Assembly (NCBI RefSeq): GCF_009914755.1
Contig: NC_060937.1
From: the human T2T-CHM13v2.0 reference genome, Homo sapiens
Length of the DNA stretch: 64,000 bases
Reading direction: 5' to 3' (one strand)
Part shown: positions 1-18,278 of the stretch, one piece after another
How positions within the stretch are numbered: position 1 is the stretch's first letter
Layout: each line of letters opens with the position of its first letter
The notes under the pieces: model-generated
Databases searched by the model: none
The model's input: the letters and a program-made list of their open reading frames with translations, nothing else
What the model was told of the DNA's origin: nothing
Translations under genes and position numbers: made by a program

Positions 1-488
1 TTGACAACCCTTTCTGTACTTCATATTTCATTTTTCTGATAAGCATAACCTAGGAAATGGATAAATAATAGACAAGAATGTTCAATTGGCTCCTTTACTT
101 CACGAACACCATCAAGGGTTAACTCTCCAACATGAGGAACAGAGAACATAAAGCTAGTAAAATATCCCATACTGATGGCAATTGAAGCACGTAACAAACT
201 GATCATTTCCCTACATTTATGAAGTTAACTAGTTCTTTCTAACTTATGTACAAGATTTCCGTCAGGAATATGCTACCACATAGAAAGTCTATTCCCCCAC
301 TAAGGTCTGCAAACCATTTACAAAGACAGGGCCAATTAAAAGAGCCTGCAAATATGTCAGTGCCGCACTTCTCAAAATGTGTTCTTTAACATCTGCCAGA
401 TCTCTACTTGTTACAAACACTCTCACATGACAATAATTATACTTTTATTTCTAATATGAATTGAATACTAATAGAAAATAAGGTGGTA

Positions 489-906
<418 letters not shown>

Positions 907-3108
907 TCATATATAAAATGAAGCAAACGAACATTTCTCAATCTGTGTTTCAAGGAACACTGGTTCTCCAGGTCAGTAACAGGTATTATATGATGAAAGA
1001 GTTGGATTTCAATAAAACCGTCTTTCTTCTTCAAAATGTATCGGTCTTCAATAAACTAAAATGTAATGTCAACTTCCAAAATATACAGACAAAAAGCATT
1101 CCCCCAAATTTCTGGGCTCTAATACTATTTTTTTTTTTCACTTTTAGAATCAGTATTAGAAAAAAACTAGTTTTGAAACTTTATAGATTTCAAAATCCAG
1201 TTCAATGAATGTTTGAAACTTAAAAAACCAGATATTGACTTATAATCTTACTTAAAACAAACAGCTTAATCCCATTCATTCTAAGGAGATAGTTTTCGGG
1301 CCCATATGGGACTGAGCATGGAAGAGATGGTCTTCAGGGCATAATGCCCATCTAAAACAATCTTTCAGAATGAAAAAGTTGAGAATCACTTAATTGGGGT
1401 AATGGTTCTATTTTAGAGTATTAACAAACTGCTACATGACGCTGTATTTCTTCCAAGTATTCCCCACCCCCATTTAAAAAAAGGGAAAGGTTGCTTTTAC
1501 AACAACTTATGTTTTTGTGAATTTAGGAATTTCAAAGAACTGCTCAATAATCACATATAATACTGTCCTGGCAGCATGAGAGTCAGCGAAAGAATTAATC
1601 CCTGATCGCTCCACTGTATGTAATGAATTCGCTATTTTCTTATGCATTTAGAATGATGGTGCTAGATATATGCCATTCTTAGAACTAAGAGAGTAGGCAC
1701 TCTTTTCCTGTAGGGATTGTCTTATGGACCCCAGGTGAGAAAGACTGCACCAAAAATGTCACAAAGGTACAGAACCGCTGCTTTAGAAAATTATGTATAA
1801 CGCCTCTGAACAAGTAAACAAGCTTTCCATTTTAACTTACAGTGCTTAAGAAAGGAATCACTCTTACTTAGCACAGTAATAAAAACAGCCATCGATTTAC
1901 AGAACTATCAAGAACTGAGCCAGGTGCATTATATGCCTTTCTCCTTTTATCCTCACAACAACAGCACGGGTAGCTATTACCTGCACATAACAGCTATGGA
2001 AATCAGGCTTAAAAAAGTTAACTCATTTACAAAGGTCATACAATGAAGAGGTAGCAGAAATAAGATGAGATGCCAGGGCTGATGCCAAGACTAACGTTCA
2101 TTAAACTCTACCTCATTATGCTTATTCATCGATAGTCCAGATGCATCAATTCATTTGAATAGAAAAACTGTCATGTATACCATATACAGAATAACAATTG
2201 AGCACAATATAAACTTATTTGGATAATTGAGAAGATAAATCAAGATCTTATGATGCTTGAGTGTACTAGACGAAACTGTTGCAGACCAAAACCATGTCTT
2301 TTTTTTTCTTCATACCCTTAGTATCTTTGTTCAGTGCTAGGTATGTAACAAGCATTCAATAAATATTGAATGAGTATTTTTGAAGTAAATAAATCATCCC
2401 AATACCAGGAACAAAAAAAAAAAAAAAAAAAAAAAAGAGGTACTGTTAAAAACCTTCTAGGCTAAAAGACAATTGCTTAAACTACCTTAGGTAATTTTTC
2501 TAAAATAATTTTTATATAGATAAATTCGCTGATGCAGGCAATGAGGACACAGTGACCCTGACCGCAAACTGCACCAAATGTTTACCAAATTATTATCACC
2601 AAATCCCCTCCTTCTCTTCCACTCCTTCTAATGGTCTTCAACTCCCTATTTCTCTTGTCTCCTCTCCCCTTCTCATGTGTTAAGCCTAATTCAGATTACT
2701 GAATGAATGGTACTAATGGCATTTAAGTCAGACATTCATGAACTCAAATATAGTATAACTTGGTTTTTGTTAGGCCAATGTGTCCACTTGTTAGAAGCTT
2801 TTGTTTCTACATATTGGATCAATTTCCTAATAAGCCACTTGTAGATCCCTAAGGGCTAAGAGTCTGAATACAACTGGAAAGATAACTAGACCTCTAAATT
2901 AAAAAAAAAAAAAAAATCCAAAGTTGATCTTAGCCTGTCCATTTTATAAAAGGTAATCCAGTTTTAAAATATTATCTCTTAAGAAGATTCAATAATCACA
3001 AGTGTCTTGCAAAAATGCCAGAATGTTATTCTTAGGCCCTTGTGAATTTTTTTTTTTCCAGAAAACGTAAGCAAACAACAACAACAAAAGACTAATAAGA
3101 AATACGTA

Positions 3109-6545
<3,437 letters not shown>

Positions 6546-7542
6546 ACATTATGTACCTTCACCAAGTATTAAATATACTTGTTCCTAAAAGGATTAGGGT
6601 GTGATATCATGATCGTTATTATGGGATTCAGAGATGGAGGTAGGAAACCGCTAAGTTATCTAGGGTGAAATTCTCATTTCCATCTCCTCTTTCTGTACCA
6701 CCCTTCCTGCCTGGAACCTCAAAATAGGTAAAATTCCTAATAATAAAACATAACCAATTGTACAAATGTATAAATCCTGCTATCCATTATTTCAGAGAAT
6801 AACTGATGAATGTTTGGTGGATCTCCATAGAGGAAAATAACACATTGAAAATGAAGAACAGTTTAAAACTCTTATTCCAAATTCTACAGTAAAATGAACC
6901 ATCAACCAAAGACAAGACTTGGCTCCATGTTTGACTCTCAAAGAAAAGTTTAGGTGAACTACAGCAATAAAAACCTTTTAAAAGAGGAAGAAAAGGAAAG
7001 ACTCAGATATCTGAGCACCTAAGCAGTGGACAGTCTATAGCCCAAACCAGGGATTTTCTCAATTCACACATCTCACACCACACCTTGTACCCAAAGGAAC
7101 AACCTTAACCAAAAATAAAGCAAAAAACATAACTTATAAAGCAGCATTTTTTCCTAAATTAAATTCACTAAGACAAATTTCACTAAGTACCACCTTTTTT
7201 AAAAAGTAATTTTTAAAACATGGGAGTGTATTTCCTCAACAGGAAGATGTACTGGTCATTGTCAAAAGTACCACAACAAATTTGTTTAGAGGACACAACC
7301 AAGAAAAAAAATTAACTTTTTTTTTCTTGAGACAGGGTCTCACTTGGTCACCCAGTCTAGAGTACAGTTGTGCCATCACAGCTCACTGCAGCCTCGAACT
7401 CCTGGGCCCAAGCAATTGTCCAGCCTCCCTAAATGCTGGGATTACTGGTGTAAGCCACTGTGCCCAGCCCAAAAATTTCTTTTTTTTTTTTTTTTGAGAC
7501 ACAGTCTTGCTCTGCTGCCCAGGCTGGAGTACAGTGGCGTGA

Positions 7543-8053
<511 letters not shown>

Positions 8054-9790
8054 TTAAAAAAATAAAAAGGTAATTAATAAAAATATTTCAAAGAGAAAAA
8101 TTGGGGGGGGATCTTCATTATACCTAAACATCTAAATCATTAAATGTCTACAAAATACCTTATGCAGACTTAGTACCTAATATGTCATTCACTAATTTAA
8201 CTAAAAATAAAAATTATCACTACCAATTACTTAAATCTTAGCACCTATTAGGAACTTTTAATTTTACTTCTGAATATTACTACAAATATTCTTCGTAATT
8301 TCTGTATGTAAAGGTCTAGCTTTTATTTTTGTAACATATTTAGAACATATGTTAAGAATGTCTTAGAGAATAACCTTGCTGCCCTAAAAGGTAAAAAAGT
8401 ATGAAACAACTTGTCTTATTTTAGAACAGGAAAAAAGCAATATAGAGGAGTAAAAGGATTTGTCTATGCTTAAATGATACAGTGGAGGCAATACGACTAA
8501 AACATGGTTTATACTTGTCCATAGCTCAGTCATTAACATCATTTGGAATTTATTCTTACACCCATGATTCCTTAAAACAATATAACGAACATAATCTAAC
8601 TTTCAACTAGCAAATATTCAATATCCTATCACAGTTCTTTGGGGTTTTCTTAAAATTTCTAACTCCTACCTTCATGTCAGGCTATAAATTGCTAACTTTC
8701 CTGACGTCAACTTACATGCCTCAGAATCCCATTTCTTTTCCCTCCCTAGTCTCATCTGCTTTAAGATAACAAAGCTAGTAAACATAAGGAGACTTAATGG
8801 AAGTCCAAAAAAGGATCAGAAATGCTATGCAAAAATACCCCCCGGGGCGTCGGGGGACCAGGGAGAGGAGGGGACATGGCTTTGATAGCAATTTCAAGCA
8901 GTTTTTGGGCTCCTTACATTCCACAGCTGGTTTAACCTCTGGATTAAGTGGAGTGTTACCATATGTGGACTGGGTCCTAACCTCCTTACTTTTCCTAATT
9001 AGGCCAAAGGGACTGATTCAAACCATTATCTCAGACAATGACAGAGAATATGCCTCCATTTCTACCACTGAGGAAAAAGGAATTATTGAGTTTCTCATAC
9101 TCAATTAAGGAAGGAAGCAACTAGACATCCCAAGTAAAGCCAGTACCCTCCTAAAACATAGTACTGATCAGGCCACTGCATGGTACAAAAACAAAAAAGA
9201 GCCCTCCATTCCATGTCCAATCAAATCCAGACTTCTCAATCTTACATTTAAGGCTTTTCAAAGTTAGCCTTATGTATACAAAGCCCATCTGATACCAACT
9301 TGGACTATGTCTTATATTCTTTTCTATAAACATCGGTGTACTTTGAACCTCTTTGCTTAATGTTTTCTCTACTAAAATGACTTACTAAACCCAGTAGCTA
9401 TCAAACTCCTCCTCAAGCATGTGATCTTAACTTCTCTGACTCCCAATACTCCTTTATTAGTACCTCTCCTAAACATAATTTTCTACCTTGTTATACTTTT
9501 CCCAAATGCGATTAGATTTCCATCCCAAGCCATTCCTTAAAATATTTAAAGCAGCTTACAAAGACAGAAATGTTTTGAAACAAAATAAATTTAAAATAGG
9601 TGAAAAAAAGTTGAAGTAAAGGACCAAAAATTACAGGAGTAATAGAAGGAATCTTTTGTCATTTTTCTTAAATACAAACACACGTTTATTCTTGAATTCA
9701 ACTGCTGGCTCTCCTTAAGGAGAGAGAGCGAGCTATGCACATACTTATTAAATAAATTACATTCTTTCAGATACCTAAGAGATTTTATAA

Positions 9791-10012
<222 letters not shown>

Positions 10013-11934
10013 TAGAGATAGGGTACCATGTTGCCCAGACTGGTCTCAAACTCCTGGACTCCAGCAATCAACCTGCCTCAGCCTCCCAAACTGCTGGGAC
10101 TACAGGCATGAGCCACCAAGTCCAGACCAAAAAATTATATTTCTTTATATATGTATCTACAAACATGTATATATCCTTATACTTTGAAAATGACAACGTG
10201 CAAAAGGGCACCAACAAAGAACCGAATAAACATTAGTATTGTGGCTCTTTAAATATCAGCAAAATAACCAAAATGCTCACATTTAGTATCAACAGTAGCA
10301 TTAATGTTTTTCACATTTTAAATAATTTAAGATGTACACCACTTCCTTTTTGGTAGAGACCTAGGAGTCCCCAGTAGACAGGAAAAAAATAATTCCTCCT
10401 CTCTACTGCCTGGAAGAGACTGACAATGGAAATCTGTTTAGTATGAAAAGGAAGCTGGCAAACGTCTCTACAATCACTAATATAAGGAACCAATCCTAAA
10501 ATATTCATATTAGTTCGCATTTACCTGGACTTCTTTTCACTACCAAACATATTTGGGACACATCTGCTTTGAATTTCAGATATGGATAAACTCTATAAAA
10601 ACGCTAAATTGAGCCGGGAGCCGTGGCTCATGCCCGTAATCCCAACACTTTGGGGGCCCAGGTGGGTGGATCACCTGAGGTCAGGAGTTCGAGACCAGCC
10701 TGACCAACATGGTGAAACCCCAACTCTACTAAATACAAAAAATTAGCCGATCATGGTGGTGCATTCCTGTAATCCCAGCTACTTGGGAGGCTAAGGCAGG
10801 AGAATCGATGAACCCGCGAGGGGAAGGTTGCAATGAGCCAAGATTGCATCATTGCACTCCAGCCTGGGCAACGAGAACAAAACTCCATCTCAAAAAAAAA
10901 AAAAAATTAAATTGCCAAAAACCCTGTCTTAAGGTTATAACTGCTTATCCTTCAAACCTTTAAAACTGAGGCTGGGTCATGAATTTTTGGGGAAATTGGG
11001 TTTTGGGGTTGTTACCCCCTTTTTCAAAATGAGAAGAATTAACATATTGCTTTGAGAGAGAAGACAGGAAAGTGAATACAGTGCTTTGTCAAATTGTGGA
11101 ATCTGCTCAGCAAAGAAACCCTGTACTGAACATTTTACAATGAAAATCCCTATCCCCATCATTTATTTCCTTCATTCATTAACAAATTATAGAAATGCAT
11201 AACATCCAACATGGTTCTTCCTGCTTCCCACTTCAATCCAAACTACAGATTCCTTTTACACTAATCTTCCCTGAACACCATTTAGTCAACAAGTGTTGAG
11301 GGCCAATCATTAACTCCCCAATTCAACCTTCAGTCATTTCCTATCACTTAATCCAACTGTTGCCTTACTGCTGCCCAGGTGTTTTTCTTATTTCCCCCCA
11401 TTTTTATTAATATTCTCCCACCTGACACATTTTCCTTCACCCTAAAACTTGTGAAAAGTCACTTCAAGTAACACTGCTTTTCTGACCTACCAAAGGTCAA
11501 ATCTACACCATCTGTGAACTTTGCTTATGTCATTTTGAAAACCCAAGTTCCAGGTACAGTCTAAGAAACAATTTGTAAAACTGTCTCGGCGAATTCACTT
11601 AACCAAAACTTGTTCCTTCATAGGTTGAATGAGATCAAGATTTCCAACTCTTAAGTTTCTGATTATTTGATTTAATATTTCATGTTGCTTAAAACTATTA
11701 CTTAGCCCTTATATTGCCAAATAACTGCCACATGCATACATATCTTCTTATAATATTATACACTCCTTGGGGACAAGAACCATATTTGATTATACCTAAG
11801 CATTGGTTTTTTTGGCTCACAAACACAGCAAAAAGTAAATCAGTTAATTCTCTCTTAAAGGAGAAAATAGTGTTATCACATGATCATAAAGAACTTTATC
11901 TTTCTGTTTTTAAAAATAGAAGTTCTCCTTGGTT

Positions 11935-12025
11935 TTTCTTATGACAATATTAATAGTATATTTTCTTGATTAAGCAGATTTCTTATGACAATATTAACAG
12001 TATATTTTCTTGATTAAGCAGATTT
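11935..12025. repeat. 44-bp tandem duplication (2 copies, 1 mismatch)
   Basis: tttcttatgacaatattaa(t/c)agtatattttcttgattaagcaga x2. Confidence 0.92.
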
Positions 12026-12089
12026 TATCTAATAGGCATTGAAATAGGCTTTGAATATATGCAGCACATCAAACATCCCCATTCCTATT

Positions 12090-13200
12090 CAAGAAGCTTA
12101 AAATCATCAGATAATCATGAAAACAAAATCTAATTACGAACTGTAATAAGCATTATAAAAGAAAAGAACAAGGTGCTATTAAACAGTTATTAACAAACAA
12201 CCTAAGTTTAGATTGGTACGTCAGAGGCAGCCTCTCAAAAAGTGAGTTTAGCTTTAAAGTGGAATGAAAGTGAGATGGCATAGGGGATATTCAGGCTAAA
12301 ATAACAGCATGTGCAAAGGCCTAGAAGAAGAATGGATGAAAACTGAAAAACTTTCTGAAAGGTCAAGTACAACTGGAATGAAGAAAGTTGGGAGAAAGAA
12401 GCATGATGAAGCCATCAGTAAGCAAAGACAGAAAGAAATTACCTTAAAATAAATGGAAAGGCTTAAAAGGGGTTCTGGCCAAGTAAGTTACCTGAACAGA
12501 TTTCCATTTTAAGAATATGATTCTGACTGTAAGATACAATATTAGAAAAAGACAAGACATATGCAGGAGGCTCTGTGAGGAAGCTACTACATGCAGTGCA
12601 TTAAATGAGAGCTGATGTTATGTTAGAGCAATGGCAATAAGGATGGAAAAAAAAGATGAAGATATATTTTAAAGTAATGATCAAGATGTAGAGAGCAAGG
12701 AAAAGAAACTATCAAGAATGACTCTCAGGTTTCTAAAGTGAAGAACTGCATTAAGAAATTATATTTATCAAAATAAAGACAACTAAAGAAGGAAATTTGA
12801 GGGGCTAGGTAATCAAGAGTTACATTTATGACCTGTTGAGACTGATAAGCCTATGAGAATGCAAGCGGAAATGTTATGAAAGCAGATGACTTTACCCGTC
12901 TAAGGCTAAGAAGAGAAGTCTGGACTAGTGATAGGCTTTCAGAAGCCAATAGCATACAAACTGTCTTTACAGCCATGGGAACCAATGATTACCTAGGGAA
13001 AAGGTAGTAAGTATAAAGAAGACTCAGAAAACCTAGGAAACAGAGTCTGACAGAAGAGAGAAACCTGAAAGACAGACTGAAAAGGAATGGCCAGAAGAGT
13101 GGGAAGAAAATGGAAGATTATCACAAAACGCAAAATAGAGTGTTTCAAGGAGGGCAAACAAAGGTCAACTAGGCCTAATCGTGCTGAAAGGTCAAGATTT
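12090..13200 (-). mobile_element. L2 LINE fragment
   Basis: Purine-rich plus strand with L2 hallmarks (gcatgtgcaaaggcct, aagaatgactctcaggtttcta, gtgtttcaaggaggg). Confidence 0.65.
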
Positions 13201-14419
13201 CCTGGTCAAATTGACTGGTAAAGAAGAAATGGAGTGGTGGAGGGCAGCTTTTGAATATATGTGAGACTAGGAAAAAAGTTAACCTAGAATCTAAAAAGTT
13301 GTTATAATTTTTTAAAAATCAGTATAAAGATACTTTAAAATTTTTCAACCTTGTGTAGTTTCTCTTAATGAGCCAATAAAGCATGTTCTTACCATGACAT
13401 TTTCAACCTTAACAAAAGTGAGACGGCAAAAACCAACCACCAAAGTTCTAATACTGCAGCATCAGAACAGGTCATGCTTAACAGCTTCATATTTTTAAAT
13501 TAAACTTTCTCTTTTATCGAATTTTTTAAATCGAGATGGGGACTATGTTGCCTAGGTTGGTCTTGAACTCCTGAGCTCAAGTGATCCTCCTATCTTGGCC
13601 TCCCAAAGTGATGCGATTACAGGTGTGAAATTAAACTTTCTAAACAAGAAATAAAATTTACATGTTTTGTATTTCTGAAGCTAATGCTGCAAAAGCTGAT
13701 CTAAATTATTAAAAAATTAAAATGGTTTTCCTAAAATTTCCACATAAGTTTCAAAAGAAAAAATAAATAAATAAAACATGTCCACCTTAACATTTAACAT
13801 TTGAATGTCTAATGCATTCCAGGCACACCACTGTGATGACTTTACCCACTTTTTTCTCACCAAGGACTTGCAGGGAAATGTTATGTTCTATGGCAATTCC
13901 ATCAGTTATACGAATACACAAAGCAATGAAGCCTGCCTATTTTTTAGGTTTTCAGACACTCTTAAAAATTCCTTATGGGCACTGGCCTTACCTCTTATTA
14001 GCTTTATAAGAAGTAAAAACGGCACTAGATTTCGAATTGGAAAAACAGCCTTGAATCCTAGCTCTGCTTTACTGCTATGTATGTAACCTTAGACAACTTG
14101 CCCTCTCTAAATACTCAGCAAGTTTCAGTTTATTCACCAATAAAATAGAAAAAAACTTAATTCACAAGATTACTGAGTGGTTAAATATGGTAGACATTAA
14201 CTGAATCTAATACTAACATTTTTCATCACTTCTATGAACTGAAATTCTGAATTACATACTATTCTTATTTCTAACAAATATAAACTAAGTAATTCCACTC
14301 TTAAAATTTATGTATTCATTAGAGAACTAACTTGGAGCTATGACTTAATTAAAATTAGCATCATTCATTACATTTAATAGTACAGTATTCTACCATTGAA
14401 ATAGATGTGTAATGATACT

Positions 14420-16250
14420 AAACACACACATCTATTTTTTCACTCCTTCCCTAAAACCCCACTAAAATGACAGAAAAGCAATTTGTTAAGATACAAAGAC
14501 ATAAGCCCACAAAAACTGAGGCAGATGAAAAGACAATAGCAAAAAAATTTGAAAGCTGGAAAGCAGACAGTTGAGTGACAAATGACTTAGCAAACACTAG
14601 AAAATCAAAGCTTTAGCAAACAATGGAGAATGCCAAAAACAAACCCAATTTAAACTGCAAAATCCCCAAAAGACTCAGGAATTGGCAGTACCACATCTAT
14701 ATAAGTGGGATGTGGGGGGAGAAGGTGCTAAAATTAAAAAGATTGTTTAGAAGTCAGTTTAAGAAGCAACCAGTCCTACAGATTCCCAACTGTCCCTCCC
14801 TAATCCCAAGAAAAAAAAAGGAATATTGTCTGAAGAAGGTAAAACATAGGATCACAGGACTAAGGAAATCAGGCACAGCAAAATGCAGAACATACTGAAA
14901 ACAGGGTTGAGTGAAGAAACGTATCTGGGGATCCCCCAAAACCTTTCATTCCACATCCCCCTCACTGCCCACCCCACAGAATGCTTGTAGAAAGGCCTTC
15001 AATTCCAAGCAAGAAATCAGAAGAGCCTTCTTATAGGGATCTAACCAGCTAGGAGGATATACAAGAAGAAACCGACACTAGAAGTCCTCCAACCAAACAC
15101 CACAGCCAGGTTACCATACAGGAAAGCTAACAATTGACAAGCCACGCTCAGAATTTCTAATTAGCATTTTAATTCCTTACTCTTACACATGACTACCAAC
15201 TATCTGAGGAAAGGCTATAAGATGAAAGATAAAGACCAAAGCAAATAAAAAGTAAGAAAATAAAACCTAGAGGAAACAACACATAGAAAGAAAAAAAAAA
15301 CTTTTTAAAAAAGCTAACATTTTATATATTCAGATAGCTAAGAAAAAATACTATCATTATTAAAATAGAATAGTATACTATTAAAAAGGAGCAAAAAAAA
15401 AGTTCTTGGAATTTAAATATGTGATAAGGGAAATGGAAACTCAATAGAGCAAAAAGAAAAACAGATGAAAAGTAGTTGAGAAAACACAAGAAAATTAGAA
15501 GACCAGTCAAGAAGGTCCGTTATCCAAATAAGAGGAGTTTAAGAGAGAAAAAATAGAAAGACATAATCAACAACCTGACTCAAGAAAAAGTCCCAGAATG
15601 AAAAGATGTTTCCAAACTGAAAGGGTTCACCAAGTACTCAGCACAGTGAATGAAAACAGACCCACACAAAAATCCATCATGGCAAAACTTCAGAACACTG
15701 GAAACATAAAATCTTATAAAGGTTTTAGAGGTTTTAAAAATGAGAGGAAGAAAAGGAAGAAGGAAAAGGAAGGGAAGGAAAAACAAAATACACAGGTCAC
15801 ATACAATATATAAGATATCAGAATGGCTTCAGATTTCTCAAAAGCAATATGGATGTTAGAAGGCAATGGCACAAAATATAAGAGAACATAACTTCCCCAC
15901 CTGGTATTCTTTACCTAAGAAAGTGTCAGAGTAAACTAAAGCCATTTTAAAACAAGCAAACTAAGAATAAAGACACTAGTCTCTGGAAAATAAAGATCCA
16001 ACACAAGACAAAGTGAAAGGAATCCCAGAATAATAGTTGTGTACCAAGCCAAGAAGGCAACCAGTCAAGAATGGAGGTCAGTGGGATATAACACTTCCTG
16101 AGAAAGATAAAATTGTTAACAATATCTGATATTGGAACATCCTAAGAGGCATCTGATGAAAAGTGGATTTAGTGATAAATATAGAGAAAACTAGGCAAAG
16201 AGGTAAAAAAAGACAATGAACTCCAGCCAGATTACTCTGCGGTAAAGTTA
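14420..16250 (+). mobile_element. Degenerate HAL1 / old L1 ORF1-like element
   Basis: A-rich + strand with ORF1-like remnants (ttccaaactgaaagggttcaccaagta, atcagaatggcttcagatttctcaaaagcaa). Confidence 0.6.
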
Positions 16251-16859
16251 ACAGTCAACAAGCCACACGGAAAAAGAATTTTTAAAAATAATTATATATA
16301 TATAGTAGAGACAGGATCTTGCTATATTGCCCAAATTAATCTCAAACTCCTGGCCTCAAGCAATCCTCTCACCTTGGCCTCCCAAAGTGCTGGAATTATA
16401 GGCGTGAGCCACCATGGCCAGCCCCACACTGCAAATCTCTAATCAGCTCTTTAATCCTTTAACACTTATTTGCAAGCAGACAATCAAGACTTACCAGACA
16501 TCTAAGGAAAGGTTCTACAGGAAAGGTAGAGCCCAAAACATACAAAAATGGGAAGAGGGTGGGGAAAGGAGGGGCAACTTGGAGAAAACAGACAGCGCTG
16601 ACAGATGAAAACCTGGGAGTGGAGGAAAACCCATTTCTATAATAGACAGGTGGGGATGGAGCAGGGAAGCAGCCACAAAACACTGTACAGGATAGGAAAA
16701 GTAATATTTGACAAGAATACTGAATAATCAATATTGATAACTACTGGGAGGAAGGGTACTGGGAAAAAAGGAGACCAGGTAGGTATATGGTAACAACAAA
16801 ATTAAATCTTCATTTTCTATCCAGGAAGTTAATACAGACAAAAAGAAATGAAAGGTGTA

Positions 16860-17100
16860 TTTTATTTAACAAATACCTACATAGGGCATGTGAGTTAGAC
16901 AAAGTTCTAGGGAATTTCCAAATTCATTTAATTCTTATATCAACCCAATGAGGTAACTACTATTGTCATCATTTTTTTAATGAGAAGATTGAACCATAAA
17001 GAGGATAAATAGCCCGATGTTACATAAAACTAGTAAATGACAAGAAAGATCAAATCTAGGCAATCTAACTCCACAGTCCATGCTCCTAACGAGCAGGCTA
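16860..17100. mobile_element. MIR (others at ~1900-2080, 14040-14190, 30850-31020, 55860-56370)
   Basis: MIR core-like 'tcatttaattctta..aacccaatgaggta..tattgtc..tgagaagattga'. Confidence 0.55.
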
Positions 17101-17996
17101 TATTACATATCTAGTGGTAAGACAAGCAAGTTATTTAGAGACTGGGAGGTAAATACCACAATAATCATCTAAAAGAGGTGAAAGTGATTGTTTCTAGGAA
17201 AGGAAAACTGGAAAGTAAGGGTGCAGGAAGCTCTTCCATTTATTTCTTGGAAAACCATTTAAACTATCTTTAAACTGTGCATGTACATCTTGAAAAAAAA
17301 ACTTTAAAAATTATAATTTCGTATTTTAGTTAACAAAGTATTTTAACTGATACTACTGCTATCCTGAGAAGCAGGCAAAATGAGTATTACTCCTATTTTA
17401 TAGGTAACACACATGCGTCTTAAATATTTGAGGACCTACTATAAAACAGGCAATGTACTTTGCAGACATACATCAATTCACCTAAAAATGTTGATGAGAG
17501 ATACAAAAAAGCAAGTCTTTTTATTCAGTTCTTTTCCATTTGTTGCATAAATTATATGATCCTGCATCTCTCACAATTGTGCTTAAGATGAGGGACAATA
17601 TAAACTTTAAATCATGACAAAAAAAAAATCAGGAGAAATGCCTGCTAATTAATTCAAAAAAATAATTCATCCCTGCCCTTGAGGAACATCTAGTCTTGTG
17701 GGAAAGATTGGTAAACATAATTATAATTGAATGTGTACAGTGCTTAAATAGAGGAATATTAAAAAGTGCTAAGGAAACAATGTCCCCTGAGTGAAAAGAA
17801 TGCTTTAAAGAGAACATCTGAGCTGAGTCTTGAAGGATGAATAGAAGTTTGACCCATTTCACGTTAAGAGGCTGTGCTAATAACAATCACAAAACATAAA
17901 AGATGCAATACCTGTATTTTCCCATTCTTGTAAAGGTGAATTCACAGTTCATGTTACAGTCTAAGACATTAAGACTTTTTTTTTTTTTTTTTTTAG

Positions 17997-18278
<282 letters not shown>

